Shown: piece by piece, positions 1 to 11,184 of the stretch | Layout of the letters: every line of letters begins with the position of its first letter | Numbering within the stretch: the first letter of the stretch is position 1 | Assembly: GCA_963745235.1 (NCBI GenBank) | Contig: CAVUXE010000037.1 | Coordinates: 1 to 64,000, forward strand | Direction: 5' to 3' | Length of the DNA stretch: 64,000 bases | DNA from: an uncultured Spirochaetota bacterium | Lineage (GTDB): Bacteria; Spirochaetota; Spirochaetia; SZUA-6; Fen-1364 | Notes under the pieces: model-generated | The model's input: only the letters and a program-made list of their open reading frames with translations | Databases searched by the model: none | Told to the model about the DNA's origin: nothing | Position numbers and translations under genes: made by a program

Positions 1-39
1 CCCGCTCGCGAAAACGGGGGAAACCCCCGGAGGCTCAGC

Positions 40-2196
40 ATGAGAATGACGCACGTGGCTGGGAAAATCGGCGCGGGTTTCGCGCTTGTGATCTTCATAG
101 CAGCGGCGGTGGGCGCAATCGAGCTGTGGAACATGGGGGGGGTCCAGGGGGACGCCAGCCGCCTGGACAGGGAGACTGTCCCCCAGGTCGCGGTGGCCAA
201 CAACGTGGAACGCAGCCTGCTCCAGGCCATGTACAGCTTCCGCGGCTTCCTTCTTACCATGGACTCGGATTCCCTTGACCAGGCCAAGCAGCATCTCGGG
301 GACGCGCAGAAAGCGCTTCAGGATGCGCAAACCCTGGCAGCAAAATATCCCCGGCTCGTCGTCCTCAAAAAGAGCGCGGCGGACGCCCTGAGCAAGCTTG
401 ACGACTACAACACGCTCGTCGAGGACGCGGCAAACGCCAACTCCTCCATCGTCACAGCGCGCATGGACCTTTCCGCTGCAGGCTCGACGCTCCTGAACGG
501 GCTTTCCAACTACGTGGTCAAGAAAATCACCGATTTGCGGCGCGTTTCCTCCGGCGGCCAGAGAAGCATCCTCCAGGAGATATCGATTGCCAATGAGATG
601 AGGGACGCCGGCAACACCGTGTCGACCGCGAGCCTCCAGACCCAGGCCACGGATGACCCGTCGTTCCTCAAGGATGCCATGCAGACCTTCGCGGGCTTCC
701 CGAGCAAGTTCGACGCCTGGCGCGCGCTCCCCACCGTGGGGGCTGATGACCGCCTGCAGCTGGACGGCTTTGCCAAGGCGGCTGATGCGTACCAGCAGGC
801 GTGCCAGACCGTGCTTGACGGCGTCACGAAGATCGCCCAGGTGAACACCTCGCAGGTGGCAACCGCCCAGGCGGTGCTGGATACCGCCCAGCAGATTTCA
901 GACGAAGGGCTCAAGGACGCGGGGGTCATCACGAAGCTCACCGTCACGCGCATGGCCACGGCCATCATCATGCTGGTGGCGGGGATCGTCGCGGCGGCGG
1001 TGATGGGGATCATCATTGCCATTGCCATCACCCGCACCATTACGCGGCCGCTCACCAAGGGGGTGGAGTTCGCCCAGCAGATTGCGCGGGGAGACTTCAC
1101 ACGGTCCCTGGAAATCCGCCAGCACGACGAGGTCGGGACGCTCGCCGACGCCCTCAACGAGATGGCCGTCCGACTGAGCGGAGTGGTGACCACGGTCCAG
1201 GAAAGCGCATCGCAGGTGGCCCATTCCAGCCAGGAGATCTCCGCAAGCGCCATGCAGCTTGCAGAAGGAGCGCAGAGCCAGGCCTCCACGCTCGAAGAGA
1301 CGAGCGCCTCGGTGGAGGAGCTGGCGGCCTCGGTGGACGAGGTGTCGGGGCACGCGAAATCCCAGGCGGAAGCCCTGCGGAAGGGCTCCAGCTCCATGGA
1401 GCAGGTGCGGGAGGCAATCCAGTCCGTCTCCCAGAGCTTCGAGCAGATCTCCGGGCTCGCCCGCAAGTCCTCGGAGAACGCCGTGGAAGGCGCCCGCGCG
1501 GTCCAGTCCGTGGTGGACAGCATCACCCTCATTGCGGACGGGTCGGAGAAGATCGGCGGCATCGTGGACGTGATTTCCGACATTGCGGACCAGACGAACC
1601 TCCTCGCCCTGAACGCCTCCATTGAGGCCGCGCGGGCGGGGGAGCATGGCCGCGGCTTCGCCGTGGTTGCACAGGAAGTGAGCAAGCTGGCGGAGCGCAG
1701 CGCATCCTCGACGAAGGAGATATCCGCGCTCATCCGTGAGAGCGTGAAGAACGTCGGGGAGGGGGTGCGGACGGCCAAGACCTCGCAGATGACCATGGAG
1801 CTCATCCGGGCTGCCTCTCAGCAGGTCAACGAGACTATCACCACGCTGGCGGAGTCCATGGGTCAGCAGGTATCCGTCATCACGGACCTGTCGCGCGCCC
1901 TTGCAAACGTGACAGAGATGAGCCAGGGCATCTCCACCGCCACGGAGGAGCAGACCATCAACGCGCGCCAGGTGTCCAAGGCGGTGGAGACCGTGACCGA
2001 CCTGACGCAGTCAGCGGCCACGGCGGCCGGCCAGATGTCGAGCGCGACGGAGAAGCTCTTCCTCATGGCGCAGGAGCTGAACAACCTTGTGGCCCAGTTC
2101 AAGATCGGCCATGAGGAGGCGGGCGCAGAGACTCCTCCCCTGGAAAGCGCCGCGCTGCCCGAGCTCCCCTCCGCGGAGGCAAAAAGACTTTCCTGA
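40..2196 (+). CDS. Methyl-accepting chemotaxis protein (TM-sensor-TM-HAMP-MCP signal)
   Basis: Two TM segments, HAMP, and the conserved [30 protein letters not shown] hairpin. Confidence 0.95.
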   Translation: MRMTHVAGKIGAGFALVIFIAAAVGAIELWNMGGVQGDASRLDRETVPQVAVANNVERSLLQAMYSFRGFLLTMDSDSLDQAKQHLGDAQKALQDAQTLAAKYPRLVVLKKSAADALSKLDDYNTLVEDAANANSSIVTARMDLSAAGSTLLNGLSNYVVKKITDLRRVSSGGQRSILQEISIANEMRDAGNTVSTASLQTQATDDPSFLKDAMQTFAGFPSKFDAWRALPTVGADDRLQLDGFAKAADAYQQACQTVLDGVTKIAQVNTSQVATAQAVLDTAQQISDEGLKDAGVITKLTVTRMATAIIMLVAGIVAAAVMGIIIAIAITRTITRPLTKGVEFAQQIARGDFTRSLEIRQHDEVGTLADALNEMAVRLSGVVTTVQESASQVAHSSQEISASAMQLAEGAQSQASTLEETSASVEELAASVDEVSGHAKSQAEALRKGSSSMEQVREAIQSVSQSFEQISGLARKSSENAVEGARAVQSVVDSITLIADGSEKIGGIVDVISDIADQTNLLALNASIEAARAGEHGRGFAVVAQEVSKLAERSASSTKEISALIRESVKNVGEGVRTAKTSQMTMELIRAASQQVNETITTLAESMGQQVSVITDLSRALANVTEMSQGISTATEEQTINARQVSKAVETVTDLTQSAATAAGQMSSATEKLFLMAQELNNLVAQFKIGHEEAGAETPPLESAALPELPSAEAKRLS

Positions 2197-2223
2197 CGGA
2201 GAGGGCTATACTAGCCTCAGAAC

Positions 2224-4261
2224 ATGCCACACGCGAACAGAGACTCGGACAAGGAGCGCCGCAGGATCGCGGAGCTCGAAGAAGAGCTTGCGCGCACACG
2301 CGCGGCCTTTCAGACCTTCATGGACAGGGCTCCCTTCGGCGTGCACCGCTACTCCCTGGGCCAGGACGGAAAGCTCGTGTTCACGTGGAGCAACGAGGCG
2401 GCGGGCCACATCCTGGGGGAGGATCCCGCCCGCCTCATCGGCAAGCCGATCGATGAGGTCCTCCCGGTGCTCGCGGACCCCCGGGTGGCCCGGGAGTGCG
2501 CCCGGGTGGCGACCTCCGGCGGGGTGTTCGAGGAAGTCCACCTCACCTACGCGGATCAGCGCATCGCGGGCGCATTCGAGATTCACGCATTTCAGCCCGA
2601 GCAGGGCAGCGTGGCCCTGCTCTTCCGGGAGGTGACGGAGCGCGTGCGCATGCAGCACGCCCTCAGCGTGAGTGAGAAGCGCCTGTCCAGCATCTTCCGG
2701 GCGGTGCCTGTCGGGATTGCGCTTTCCATCAACCGCGTCATCCGCGAGGCCAACGACCACATGTGCGACATGACCGGCTTCACGCGGGATGAGCTGCTCG
2801 GCAAAGCCACGCGGGACCTGTACCCCGGAAGCGAAGAGTACGATCGCGTGGGCAGGACGCTGTCCCTGGAGGAAGCCCGCGAGGGGAGGGCGTCCGTTGA
2901 GACGCGCTGGGTGCGCAAGGACGGATCGCTGATCGACGTCCTGGTGGGCACTGCTCCCCTGGTTTCGGGGGACCCGTCCGCGGGAGTGACCTTCACAGCG
3001 CTGGACATCACGGACCGCAAGCGGGCGGAGGCGGAACGCCTGGGACTGGAAGCCCGCATGCAGCAGACGCAGAAGCTGGAGAGCCTTGGCGTCCTTGCGG
3101 GCGGAATTGCGCATGACTTCAACAACATCCTCATGGCAATCCTCGGACACGCGGACCTTGCGGACAACCGGCTCTCCCCGGTCTCGCCGGCCCGGGAGAA
3201 CCTCCAGGAGATCGAGCGCGCGGCGCGCCGGGCGGCGGACCTTTGCCGGCAGATGCTCGCGTATTCGGGCAAGGGCAGGTTTGTCATCCGCCATCTTGAC
3301 ATCAACGAGGTGATCACGGAGATGGAAGATATGCTCCAGGTCTCCATCGCGAAAAAGTCGACGCTCCGCCTCCGCCTGTCGAAGGGCATTCCCTCCGTGC
3401 TGGCAGACCTCGCGCAGATCCGCCAGGTGGTGATGAACCTCGTGATAAACGCCTCCGAGGCTATCGGGGACGCGAGCGGCATCATCACCGTCACGACGGC
3501 CCTTGAGCGCTGCGACCGCTCCTACCTGGCCGGCACGTTTGTCGACGAGCAGCTCCCCGAAGGACCGTACGTCAGCCTGGAAGTAAACGATGACGGCGCC
3601 GGCATGGATGAGGTCACCCGGGAGCGGATCTTCGAGCCGTTCTACACCACGAAGTTCACGGGGAGGGGGCTGGGCCTGTCAGCGGTGCTCGGGATCGTCC
3701 GCGGGCACAAGGGCGCCATCAAGGTCTACAGCGAGCCCGGGCAGAGGCACGACCGTCAAGGTGCTCTTCCCCGCCAGCGACGCTCCTGTCCAGCACCTCG
3801 AAGGAGACCCGCCGCAGGCGCCCGCGTGGCGCGGCAGCGGCACCATCCTCATTGCGGATGACGAGGAAACGGTGAGAAAGGTGGGGAGCCAGATGCTGGA
3901 GCACCTCGGGTTCCAGACCCTGCGTGCCGCTGACGGCCAGCAGGCGCTTTCCAGCTTCCTGCTCCACCGGGATTCGATAGTCTGCGTGATCGTGGACCTC
4001 ACCATGCCCGCCATGGACGGGGAGGAGACGTTTCGGGAGATCCACAAGGTGGACCCCCTGGTCCCCGTCATCCTGTCCAGCGGCTACAACGAGCAGGATG
4101 CGGTGCAGCGGTTCGTCGGCAAGGGGCTGGCTGGATTCCTCCAGAAGCCCTACCAGCTTGCCCAGCTTCGCCAGAAGCTGAAAGAGATCATGGAGGCAAG
4201 CCGCCTTATCCGCCTCCGACAGGCTGGAGATCCGACTGCCTCATCCAGCCAAAAACCCTGA
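2224..4261 (+). CDS. Hybrid PAS-PAS-HisKA-HATPase-REC sensor kinase, frameshift at ~3740
   Basis: H-box GGIAHDFNNIL, NLVINA, FYTTKFTGRGLGL; continues in ORF 3590..4261 (GTTVKVLFP, ILIADDE, DLTMP, FLQKPY). Confidence 0.9.
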
Positions 4262-5226
4262 AATTGCCCCACACCATCAGCTCCACCCATCCGCCGCGCA
4301 CGCTCATGGGATGCACGATCGTTCCCGGGGGAAGCACTGCTGCAATGCGCTCAGCCTCGCCGGGGAGAAACCGCAGGGCTGCCTGGCTCGTTCCGACGAT
4401 CATGGGCGGGTAGGCCCGGGCCACCAGGGCCGTGGCTTTCAGCCCTTGTCGTTCACCCAGGTACAGCAGAACTCCCATCGCTATGGCCCGGGCTGGCACC
4501 TCGGGATCATCCACAATAACGCCGCGGTCCAGGCCCGAAGTGAGGTAGCCCGTTTCAATGATCGCGCTTGGCGTCGAGGGGGCCACGGCATGCTCGAAGC
4601 GGTACCAGCTGAAGGCATAGTAGCCGCGCATGTTGTACGTGACGCCATAGCGATCCGGGGGAATGCCCGGCCAGATCCCCGTAGACGCGCTGGATGGAGT
4701 CCCGCAGGAGGTCTGAGGCCTCCGAAGCCCGCCACGGAGAAGAGACCTTGAAGCCGCGCGCCCGGGACCCTCCCCCATCGGCATGGATGGCGACAAAAGC
4801 GTCCGCCTGGTAGCCCGGCGGCACCGTGGCGGGCAGCAAGTCCACGCTCACCCCCGCAATCGAAAGGTCATGCGCCACGCGCCGGGCGATGCGAAGATTG
4901 ACGTCCACCTCCTGGAGGCTGCCGAATGCGGCGCCGGTATCCGGCCGCAGCCTTGCGAGCTCTTCGGGAAGCTGGTCAATATGCCAGTGGCCTGCCTGGA
5001 TCCCCACGCGCCAGGGGCCGCCCAGCCCGCTGTCAGTCCCACGGGGCGGCGGCGCCAGGTATGCGGGGGCAGCGGCCGCGATGCGAGGGGCAGACCGCGC
5101 AAAGAGCACCGTGCGCAACAGGACATGGGCGAACGTGGGGGACCCGTCCGATGTGCCGGCGAAAGTCCACACGGCAAGGACGCCAGAGATGACGAATGCC
5201 GGCGCGCAGAAGGAAAAAGGCCGCAT
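4206..5226 (-). CDS. N-acetylmuramoyl-L-alanine amidase (Amidase_3) with SH3-like C-terminus, frameshift at ~4670
   Basis: GIQAGH, EVDVNL, FVAIHADG in ORF 4555..5271; PSAIIETGYLT in ORF 4206..4796. Confidence 0.8.
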
Positions 5227-5272
5227 TTGAAGTCCGGCATTCAATGTAGCCGGGCCGGCCTCCCCCGCCAAG

Positions 5273-6037
5273 TCACGGGCTGAAAAGGTCCACGAGCTGC
5301 TTCATCCGAAGGACACCGTCGTATGGGAATGCAACGCTTCCGCCAAGAAGGGCGCCTTTTTCACCGCCGGGGTCCCCAAGGGAGGAAACCACGAGATCCG
5401 CCTTTCCCAGGTCTTCCTTCAACGTGTAGTCGTTGGGGGTGGCCACGACAAAAAGGCCGGCTGCCTTGGCTGCCGCCACGCCGATATGCGAATCCTCCAC
5501 GACGATGCACTGCCGCGCATCGAGCCCGCATCTGCGCAGAGCAAGGTTGTAGATCTCAGGATCCGGCTTCTTCCGCGCCACCACGTCTCCTGCCAGCACG
5601 AAGTCGAACCGGATACCTTTCAAGATTTTCGTCGTGACCGCGCGCGCCACGCGCTCATTCGAGGTCGTGCACACCCCCAGGAGAAGCCCTTCGCTGTTGA
5701 TCTCTTCCATGAGCCGCCTGACCCCGGGGCGCAGGGGGAGAGCGCCGGACTCCAGCAGGGTGATGAAGATGTCGGTCTTCCGCGCGTGCAGCCGGGCAAT
5801 CAGGTGATCGATCTCAGGGGCTTCCATTGCGTCGGCGAATCCGGTCGAATGAAAGTAGTGCAGAAGCCTCTCCTTGCCGCCGGCCACCTGGAGGAGCTCC
5901 CCGTACAGCGGGATGTCCCACTGCACGGGAAGGCCCATCTCCCGGAAGGCCATGTTGAATGCAACCCGGTGGCCGTCTCTTTCGGTGTCGATGATCACGC
6001 CGTCCTGGTCAAAGAAGAACCCGCGGATGCGGCTCAT
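5273..6037 (-). CDS. HAD-IA hydrolase, CbbY-like sugar phosphatase
   Basis: FDQDGVIIDTERDGHRVAFN, KKPDPEIY, VVEDS. Confidence 0.9.
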   Translation of the reverse strand: MSRIRGFFFDQDGVIIDTERDGHRVAFNMAFREMGLPVQWDIPLYGELLQVAGGKERLLHYFHSTGFADAMEAPEIDHLIARLHARKTDIFITLLESGALPLRPGVRRLMEEINSEGLLLGVCTTSNERVARAVTTKILKGIRFDFVLAGDVVARKKPDPEIYNLALRRCGLDARQCIVVEDSHIGVAAAKAAGLFVVATPNDYTLKEDLGKADLVVSSLGDPGGEKGALLGGSVAFPYDGVLRMKQLVDLFSP

Positions 6038-6912
6038 CACGCCTCGCCCGCGCATCCCAGGAGGTCAATCCAGGAAATGACCGCCTTGCGGGTGGCGTCC
6101 CTCACCGCGGCATCGATCTTCCCCGGGTCATACTCGCGGGGATGGTCCTGCATGTGCTGGCGCGTGGTATCGATCAGGAGGTGCTTGAGCTCCGTGGACA
6201 CGTTGAACTTCGCGCCCCCCAGCTCGACCAGCTTCCGCACGGTGCCGTGCGGCAGGCCGGTCCCTCCGTGGATGACGAGGGGCGTCGACAGACCGCGAGC
6301 CTCAAGCTCGGCGCGGATGCGGGCCAACCGCTCGAAATCCACCCGCGGGTCCGGGGTGGCATAGATGCCATGCGCGGTGCCGATTGCGGGGGCCAGGATG
6401 TCGACGCCGGTCCTCTCGACGAACTCCGCGGCATCCTTCGGATTGCACAAGCGCGCCTCGTCAGAGACGACGGCCACCTGGTCCTCCACGCCTGAAACGG
6501 TCCCCAGCTCCCCCTCCACCGAAATGTCGCCAAGCCCGTGGACCCGCCCGCATACCTCGCGCGTGCATCGGATGTTTTCCTCAAAGGGCAGCCGCGAGGC
6601 GTCGATCATCACGTTGGTATATCCGGCCTCCGCGCACAGCACGCAGTAGCTCACCTCCGTGCAGTGGTCCAGGTGGAGGCAGACGGGAATTGGCGCCGAG
6701 GCGGCAAGGGAGCGGTAGAGCGCGACAAGAACGTCGCGACCCACGCTCTTTGACGGGATGACAGAGGTCTGCAGGATGAGGGGTGCCTTTCGCTCCGTGG
6801 CCGCATCCAGCGCGCCCTGCATCTGAGGGAGGCCCGTGATGTTGAACGCGCCGACCGCATAGCCCCCGGCGCTCGCCTCCAGGAGCATCTGTTTCGCGCT
6901 GGCAAGGCCCAT
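6037..6912 (-). CDS. Class II fructose/tagatose-bisphosphate aldolase
   Basis: LHLDH, VEGELG, AIGTAHG, LVIHGGTG, KFNVST. Confidence 0.93.
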   Translation of the reverse strand: MGLASAKQMLLEASAGGYAVGAFNITGLPQMQGALDAATERKAPLILQTSVIPSKSVGRDVLVALYRSLAASAPIPVCLHLDHCTEVSYCVLCAEAGYTNVMIDASRLPFEENIRCTREVCGRVHGLGDISVEGELGTVSGVEDQVAVVSDEARLCNPKDAAEFVERTGVDILAPAIGTAHGIYATPDPRVDFERLARIRAELEARGLSTPLVIHGGTGLPHGTVRKLVELGGAKFNVSTELKHLLIDTTRQHMQDHPREYDPGKIDAAVRDATRKAVISWIDLLGCAGEA

Positions 6913-6916
6913 GCGC

Positions 6917-7615
6917 CTACTCCGGCTCCCAGCCCGCCGCCTCCAGCTGCTCGATCAGCCGGTGCCGCATGGCCACAACGCTCGCCCCCGCCCGCAGGCA
7001 CGCCACCCCGTCTTCCAGCGAGGCTACCCCGCCGGAGGCCTTGATCAGCGGCCGCTCACCGACTGTCTCCCGGATCAGCGTGATGTCGTGCAGCGACAGC
7101 TTGCCCGGCAGGAACCCCGTGGAGGTCTTCACGAAGTCCGCCCCGCTCTCCTTGACGAGCAGGGCCGCATCCACTTTCTCCTGCTCCGTCAGCACCCCGA
7201 CCTCGATGATGACCTTGAACGGCACCTTGAAGGGCCGCGCCACCTTCATCACGGCCTCGATGTCGCCGCTAACCTTCCCGAAGTCCCCGGCTTTGAAGGC
7301 CCCGATGTTCATGACCATGTCGAGGTCCCGCGCCCCGCGCTGGAGGCCTTCCTCCGCTTCGAAGCATTTCACGCGCGTCGACACTCCGCCGCCGGGATAG
7401 CCCACCGGGATCTGCGGGAGAACGCTGGATCCAGCGAGCTCATCAACGATCACGCCAAGGTACTGGGGGAGCGCGACGACGGCGCGAAACCCGTAGCGCC
7501 GGGCCTGGGCGCACGCTTCGCGAACGTCCTTTTCCGTCGCCGTGATGCCGAGGGCGTTCGTGTAGTCAACGGCGGAAACGAGACGGGAAACCTCGGCGGG
7601 AGAGATGCCGAACAT
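6917..7615 (-). CDS. deoC: DeoC-family class I aldolase
   Basis: DLDMVMNIG, KVIIE, GADFVKTSTGF, IKASGG; C-terminal motif is atypical. Confidence 0.85.
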   Translation of the reverse strand: MFGISPAEVSRLVSAVDYTNALGITATEKDVREACAQARRYGFRAVVALPQYLGVIVDELAGSSVLPQIPVGYPGGGVSTRVKCFEAEEGLQRGARDLDMVMNIGAFKAGDFGKVSGDIEAVMKVARPFKVPFKVIIEVGVLTEQEKVDAALLVKESGADFVKTSTGFLPGKLSLHDITLIRETVGERPLIKASGGVASLEDGVACLRAGASVVAMRHRLIEQLEAAGWEPE

Positions 7616-7686
7616 GCGTGGATCCTATCATCAACGGGCAGGCGCGGGCAGGTCCCCGCCCGCGTGGACCATGCCCGCGGTTTCAG

Positions 7687-8466
7687 TCATTCGGCGACGA
7701 TGATTCTGGTCTGGTACTGCTTGATAAACTCCAAGGACGAAAGCCTCGTCTTCCCGTCCGTCACGATGACGTCAATCGACGGGAAATCAGCAAGGAAGAC
7801 CTGGCCGAGCCGCTGGAACTTCGTGTAGTCGGCAAGGATGACGACGCTCTGTGATCGCTCGATCATCATCCGCTTCGTATCCACCTCCGCGGCGCTTGAA
7901 TCCGTGAGCTTCTGCTGCTCGTCGATGCTGGTGCATGACATGAAGGCCTTGCTGGGATAGTAGTCCTGGGCAACCCGCTGCGGGATGGCGCCGGAGAAGG
8001 ACATGTTGCTTTCCTTGAGCTCTCCTCCCAGGCAAATGAACTGGAGATTGGGATTGCGCACCCGCACGGCCTCCAGGAGCAGCTTCAGCGAGTTGGTGAT
8101 GACGGTGACGCGGATGTTTCGGGCGATGGCGCGAAGGAGGTAGAGCGTGGTGGAGCTGTTGTCCATGAAAACGGTGTCACCATCCTGGATCAGGGTGGCG
8201 GCCTTTCGGCAGATGAGGATCTTCTCCTCCTGGCGCTGGACCTCCCGGAGGGCCACGGGCAGCTCGGCAGGCGACCGGGAGGCGGCCTGATCCATGACGG
8301 CGCCGCCGTGGGTCCGCCTCACGATGCCGTCCCTCTGCAGCTCGCGCAGGTCCCGCCGTATCGTTTCCCTGCACACATCGAATCTCTCGGAGAGCGAAGC
8401 CACGTCCGCCCTGCCCGCCCGCTCGAGAATGCCTGCAATCTCGGCTTTTCTTTCGAAGCCAAGCAT
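7687..8466 (-). CDS. DeoR/GlpR family transcriptional regulator
   Basis: ETIRRDLREL, RRTHGGA, FMDNSSTT, VITNS; start taken at MLGFERK. Confidence 0.93.
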   Translation of the reverse strand: MLGFERKAEIAGILERAGRADVASLSERFDVCRETIRRDLRELQRDGIVRRTHGGAVMDQAASRSPAELPVALREVQRQEEKILICRKAATLIQDGDTVFMDNSSTTLYLLRAIARNIRVTVITNSLKLLLEAVRVRNPNLQFICLGGELKESNMSFSGAIPQRVAQDYYPSKAFMSCTSIDEQQKLTDSSAAEVDTKRMMIERSQSVVILADYTKFQRLGQVFLADFPSIDVIVTDGKTRLSSLEFIKQYQTRIIVAE

Positions 8467-9071
8467 CAGATCATCTTCCCGAATATCCCGCACGCCGCGT
8501 CGCACTCGACGCGCTCCAGCATGCTGTAGGCCATGTAGATGTCGGGCCCGGAGACCACCACGCCATGCAGGGGGAGGATGCAGCCGATGGGCTTCTTTTC
8601 GGCAACGGCCCGGTGCTCCTCGAAGTAGCGATAGACGTTCTCCGACAGCTCTTTCGTGTACGCCTTGGTGTACGGGATGCAGCCCACGTCTCCTCTCCCG
8701 AGGGTCGCCTCGGAGACACTGGGGATCGGCTTGGCCTGGACAACGTACACCATGCACCAGAAGGGGTGGGCGTGGATCGTGCAGCCGATGGTGTCGAAGT
8801 TGCTGAGGATCAGCTGGTGCATGTAGCTCTCCCGGGAGAGCTTGCCGGTGCCTTCCAGCACCTTCATGTCCGCGTCCACCAGGAGCAGGTCACTGACATC
8901 CAGCTCGCAGTGCTTGCGCTCGGACATGAGCGAAGGGCTGACAAGCATCCGGCCCGGGGCCACCTTCACGGCAAAATTGCCCCCGGCGGCGTTGGTCAGC
9001 CTCCTGTCCCACATCATCTTTGCGACCTTGACCATCTCCCGGCGGGTCTCCATATACGACAAGTCGCTCAT
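8466..9071 (-). CDS. Class II aldolase/adducin (FucA/AraD-like) protein
   Basis: GGNFAVK, SRESYMH, IHAHP, ILPLHGVV zinc-binding His pattern. Confidence 0.9.
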   Translation of the reverse strand: MSDLSYMETRREMVKVAKMMWDRRLTNAAGGNFAVKVAPGRMLVSPSLMSERKHCELDVSDLLLVDADMKVLEGTGKLSRESYMHQLILSNFDTIGCTIHAHPFWCMVYVVQAKPIPSVSEATLGRGDVGCIPYTKAYTKELSENVYRYFEEHRAVAEKKPIGCILPLHGVVVSGPDIYMAYSMLERVECDAACGIFGKMI

Positions 9072-9090
9072 TGCGAACTGCTCCTTCGTC

Positions 9091-10026
9091 TCAGCCCAGC
9101 CTGCGAACTTCGCAGGCCGCCGCCAGCTCGTGTGCGCGAGCGGGGTCGAAGCCGACCGAAAGGGATGACTCGGCCGTGGCGGCCGATGCGGCGGTGGCAA
9201 CCCTGAGGGTCTCTTCCATGGATTTTCCCTGGCTGATCCCGTACACGAGACCTGCCAGGTAGCAGTCTCCGCAGCCGATGGTGTTGCGCACATTCACGCA
9301 AGGGGGGACCGCCTTGTACAGCCCCTGCGGGCACGAAAGGATGGAGCCCGCGCTCCCGAGGGAAACCGCGACAATCTCCACGCCGCGTATGTTCAGCGAC
9401 TCGAGAGCGCGGAGGATGTCTTCGTCGTTGCAGCCCACGTCCCTCCCGCAGAGAGAGGACAATTCGCGGAGGTTGGGCTTTATGAGAAACGGCACGCTCT
9501 GAATGCACCGCGCGAGCGCCGGGCCGCTCGTGTCCACAAAGACACGCAGTTTCCTGTCCCGCAGCTCGTCCATGATTCCGTTGTAGACAAAAGGGTCCGC
9601 GCAGTTGCCGGCGTCTCCTGAAAGGATGAGCCAGTCTCCGGGCTTGATTCCCGCCTTCAGTGATGAGACAAGCTCCGCAAGGTCCGCGCCTCCGAGGGGG
9701 ACCCCTTTTTCCGCCACGATGGTGCAATCGTTGCTGCGCTCCACCAGGAGGTAGTTTGTCCGGCTCTCGGCCCCGTTCCTGTGGAGAAAGGCCACCTCCA
9801 GACCGTAGTCTTCCAGGTAACCGATGATGCGCCTGCCGGCCTCTCCGTGGCAGATCCCGAAGGCGCGGCTCGTGATTCCCAGCAGCTTCAGGTTGATGGA
9901 GACGTGAGTCCCCTTGCCCCCAATGACCTCCGCGGTGCCTTCCGTGCGGTTGGTGTGGTTCTTCTCCAGCGAGTCGAGGTATATCACCTTGTCGATTGCC
10001 GGGTTCAGGGTCAGGGTGTTGATCAT
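9091..10026 (-). CDS. 1-phosphofructokinase-family hexose kinase
   Basis: TLNPAID, GGKGTHVS, IKPNLREL, NTIGCGD. Confidence 0.93.
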   Translation of the reverse strand: MINTLTLNPAIDKVIYLDSLEKNHTNRTEGTAEVIGGKGTHVSINLKLLGITSRAFGICHGEAGRRIIGYLEDYGLEVAFLHRNGAESRTNYLLVERSNDCTIVAEKGVPLGGADLAELVSSLKAGIKPGDWLILSGDAGNCADPFVYNGIMDELRDRKLRVFVDTSGPALARCIQSVPFLIKPNLRELSSLCGRDVGCNDEDILRALESLNIRGVEIVAVSLGSAGSILSCPQGLYKAVPPCVNVRNTIGCGDCYLAGLVYGISQGKSMEETLRVATAASAATAESSLSVGFDPARAHELAAACEVRRLG

Positions 10027-10054
10027 CTGAGGTCCCCGAGGCGCGAGGGGCGCA

Positions 10055-11047
10055 TCAGGTGAACCTCTCGTCGATGGCGAATGCCCGGGGCGCCGCGCCC
10101 GGCTCGAACATCATCACCTGCCTGAGGTTTGAAATCGCCTTGTCCAGGCCCTCTTCCACCGACATATAGGAGTCTTCGTGCTCGATGCTTGCCACCTCGT
10201 CGTAGCCGGAGGAGCGCAGCGCGCCGAAGATGTCCGCCCATTCCTTCAGGCCATGGCCGAAGCCGACCGTGCGGAACTGCCAGGCCCGTCCGTAGACCGT
10301 CGCAAAGCTCTGCATGTCGGTGAGCCCGAAATAGGAGACAAGAGAAGGATCCACCGCCGCGTCCTTGGCATGGAAATGGTACAGGCATCCCTCCCTGCCC
10401 AGGAAACGAGCGGCCTGGCATGGGTCTATTCCCTGCCACCACATGTGGCTCGGGTCGAGGTTGGCCCCGAGTGACTTGCTGCCCGTCTCCTTGCGCATGC
10501 GGATTGCGGTTGCCGGCGAGTGCACCGAGTACCCGCCGTGCATCTCCATGGCGATCCTGACCCCCTTCTCTTCGGCATACGCTCCCATCTCCTTCCAGTA
10601 GGGGACGAGCTTCTTCTCCCACTGCCAGGCAAGGACCTTCTGGAAGTCTTCGGGAAAAGGCGACACCGGCCAGTTGGGGTACTGCGAGTCTTCGCAATCG
10701 CCAGGGCACCCGGAGAATGTGACGATGCTCCGGACCCCCAACAGAGAAGCCAGGTCCACTGAGTCCTTGATGTCCTGGTGGTATGTGGCGGCGAGACGTC
10801 TCTGGGGATGAACCGGATTGCCGTGACAGCTCAGGCAGACAATCTCCATGTCCCTGCGGGAAAACTCGGCCTGGAAGGCGTCACGGGCGCGTTTGTCCGT
10901 GATGAGCTTCCCAGGGTCGCAGTGCTCCTTGCCGATGAAGCCGCCGGCTCCCACCTCCACGTGGCGGATGCCCTTTGCCCGGAAGATGTCCAGCACTTCG
11001 CCGAGGGGCTTGTTCTTGTAGAGAACCGAGAAAGCCGCGAGTTTCAT
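10055..11047 (-). CDS. Sugar phosphate isomerase/epimerase (xylose-isomerase-like TIM barrel)
   Basis: LSCHGNPVHP, AMEMHG, NLDPSH, HFHAKD, SIEHED. Confidence 0.9.
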   Translation of the reverse strand: MKLAAFSVLYKNKPLGEVLDIFRAKGIRHVEVGAGGFIGKEHCDPGKLITDKRARDAFQAEFSRRDMEIVCLSCHGNPVHPQRRLAATYHQDIKDSVDLASLLGVRSIVTFSGCPGDCEDSQYPNWPVSPFPEDFQKVLAWQWEKKLVPYWKEMGAYAEEKGVRIAMEMHGGYSVHSPATAIRMRKETGSKSLGANLDPSHMWWQGIDPCQAARFLGREGCLYHFHAKDAAVDPSLVSYFGLTDMQSFATVYGRAWQFRTVGFGHGLKEWADIFGALRSSGYDEVASIEHEDSYMSVEEGLDKAISNLRQVMMFEPGAAPRAFAIDERFT

Positions 11048-11184
11048 GTCGTGAACTCTATCACCACATTTGTCTCATTGCAACAAAAAAGAACATAAAC
11101 GGGCCTACAACGGGGTGGCAAGATGCTGGAACAGCGTGCTCAACAAGCGTTATACTTCCCCACCAAGGGTCGACTACCCGTCAT

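Noticed and set aside
510-1805. Long antisense ORFs (also 22979..24682, 57953..59401, 56706..57863)
   Set aside because: They are shadows of high-GC coding strands with no recognisable motifs
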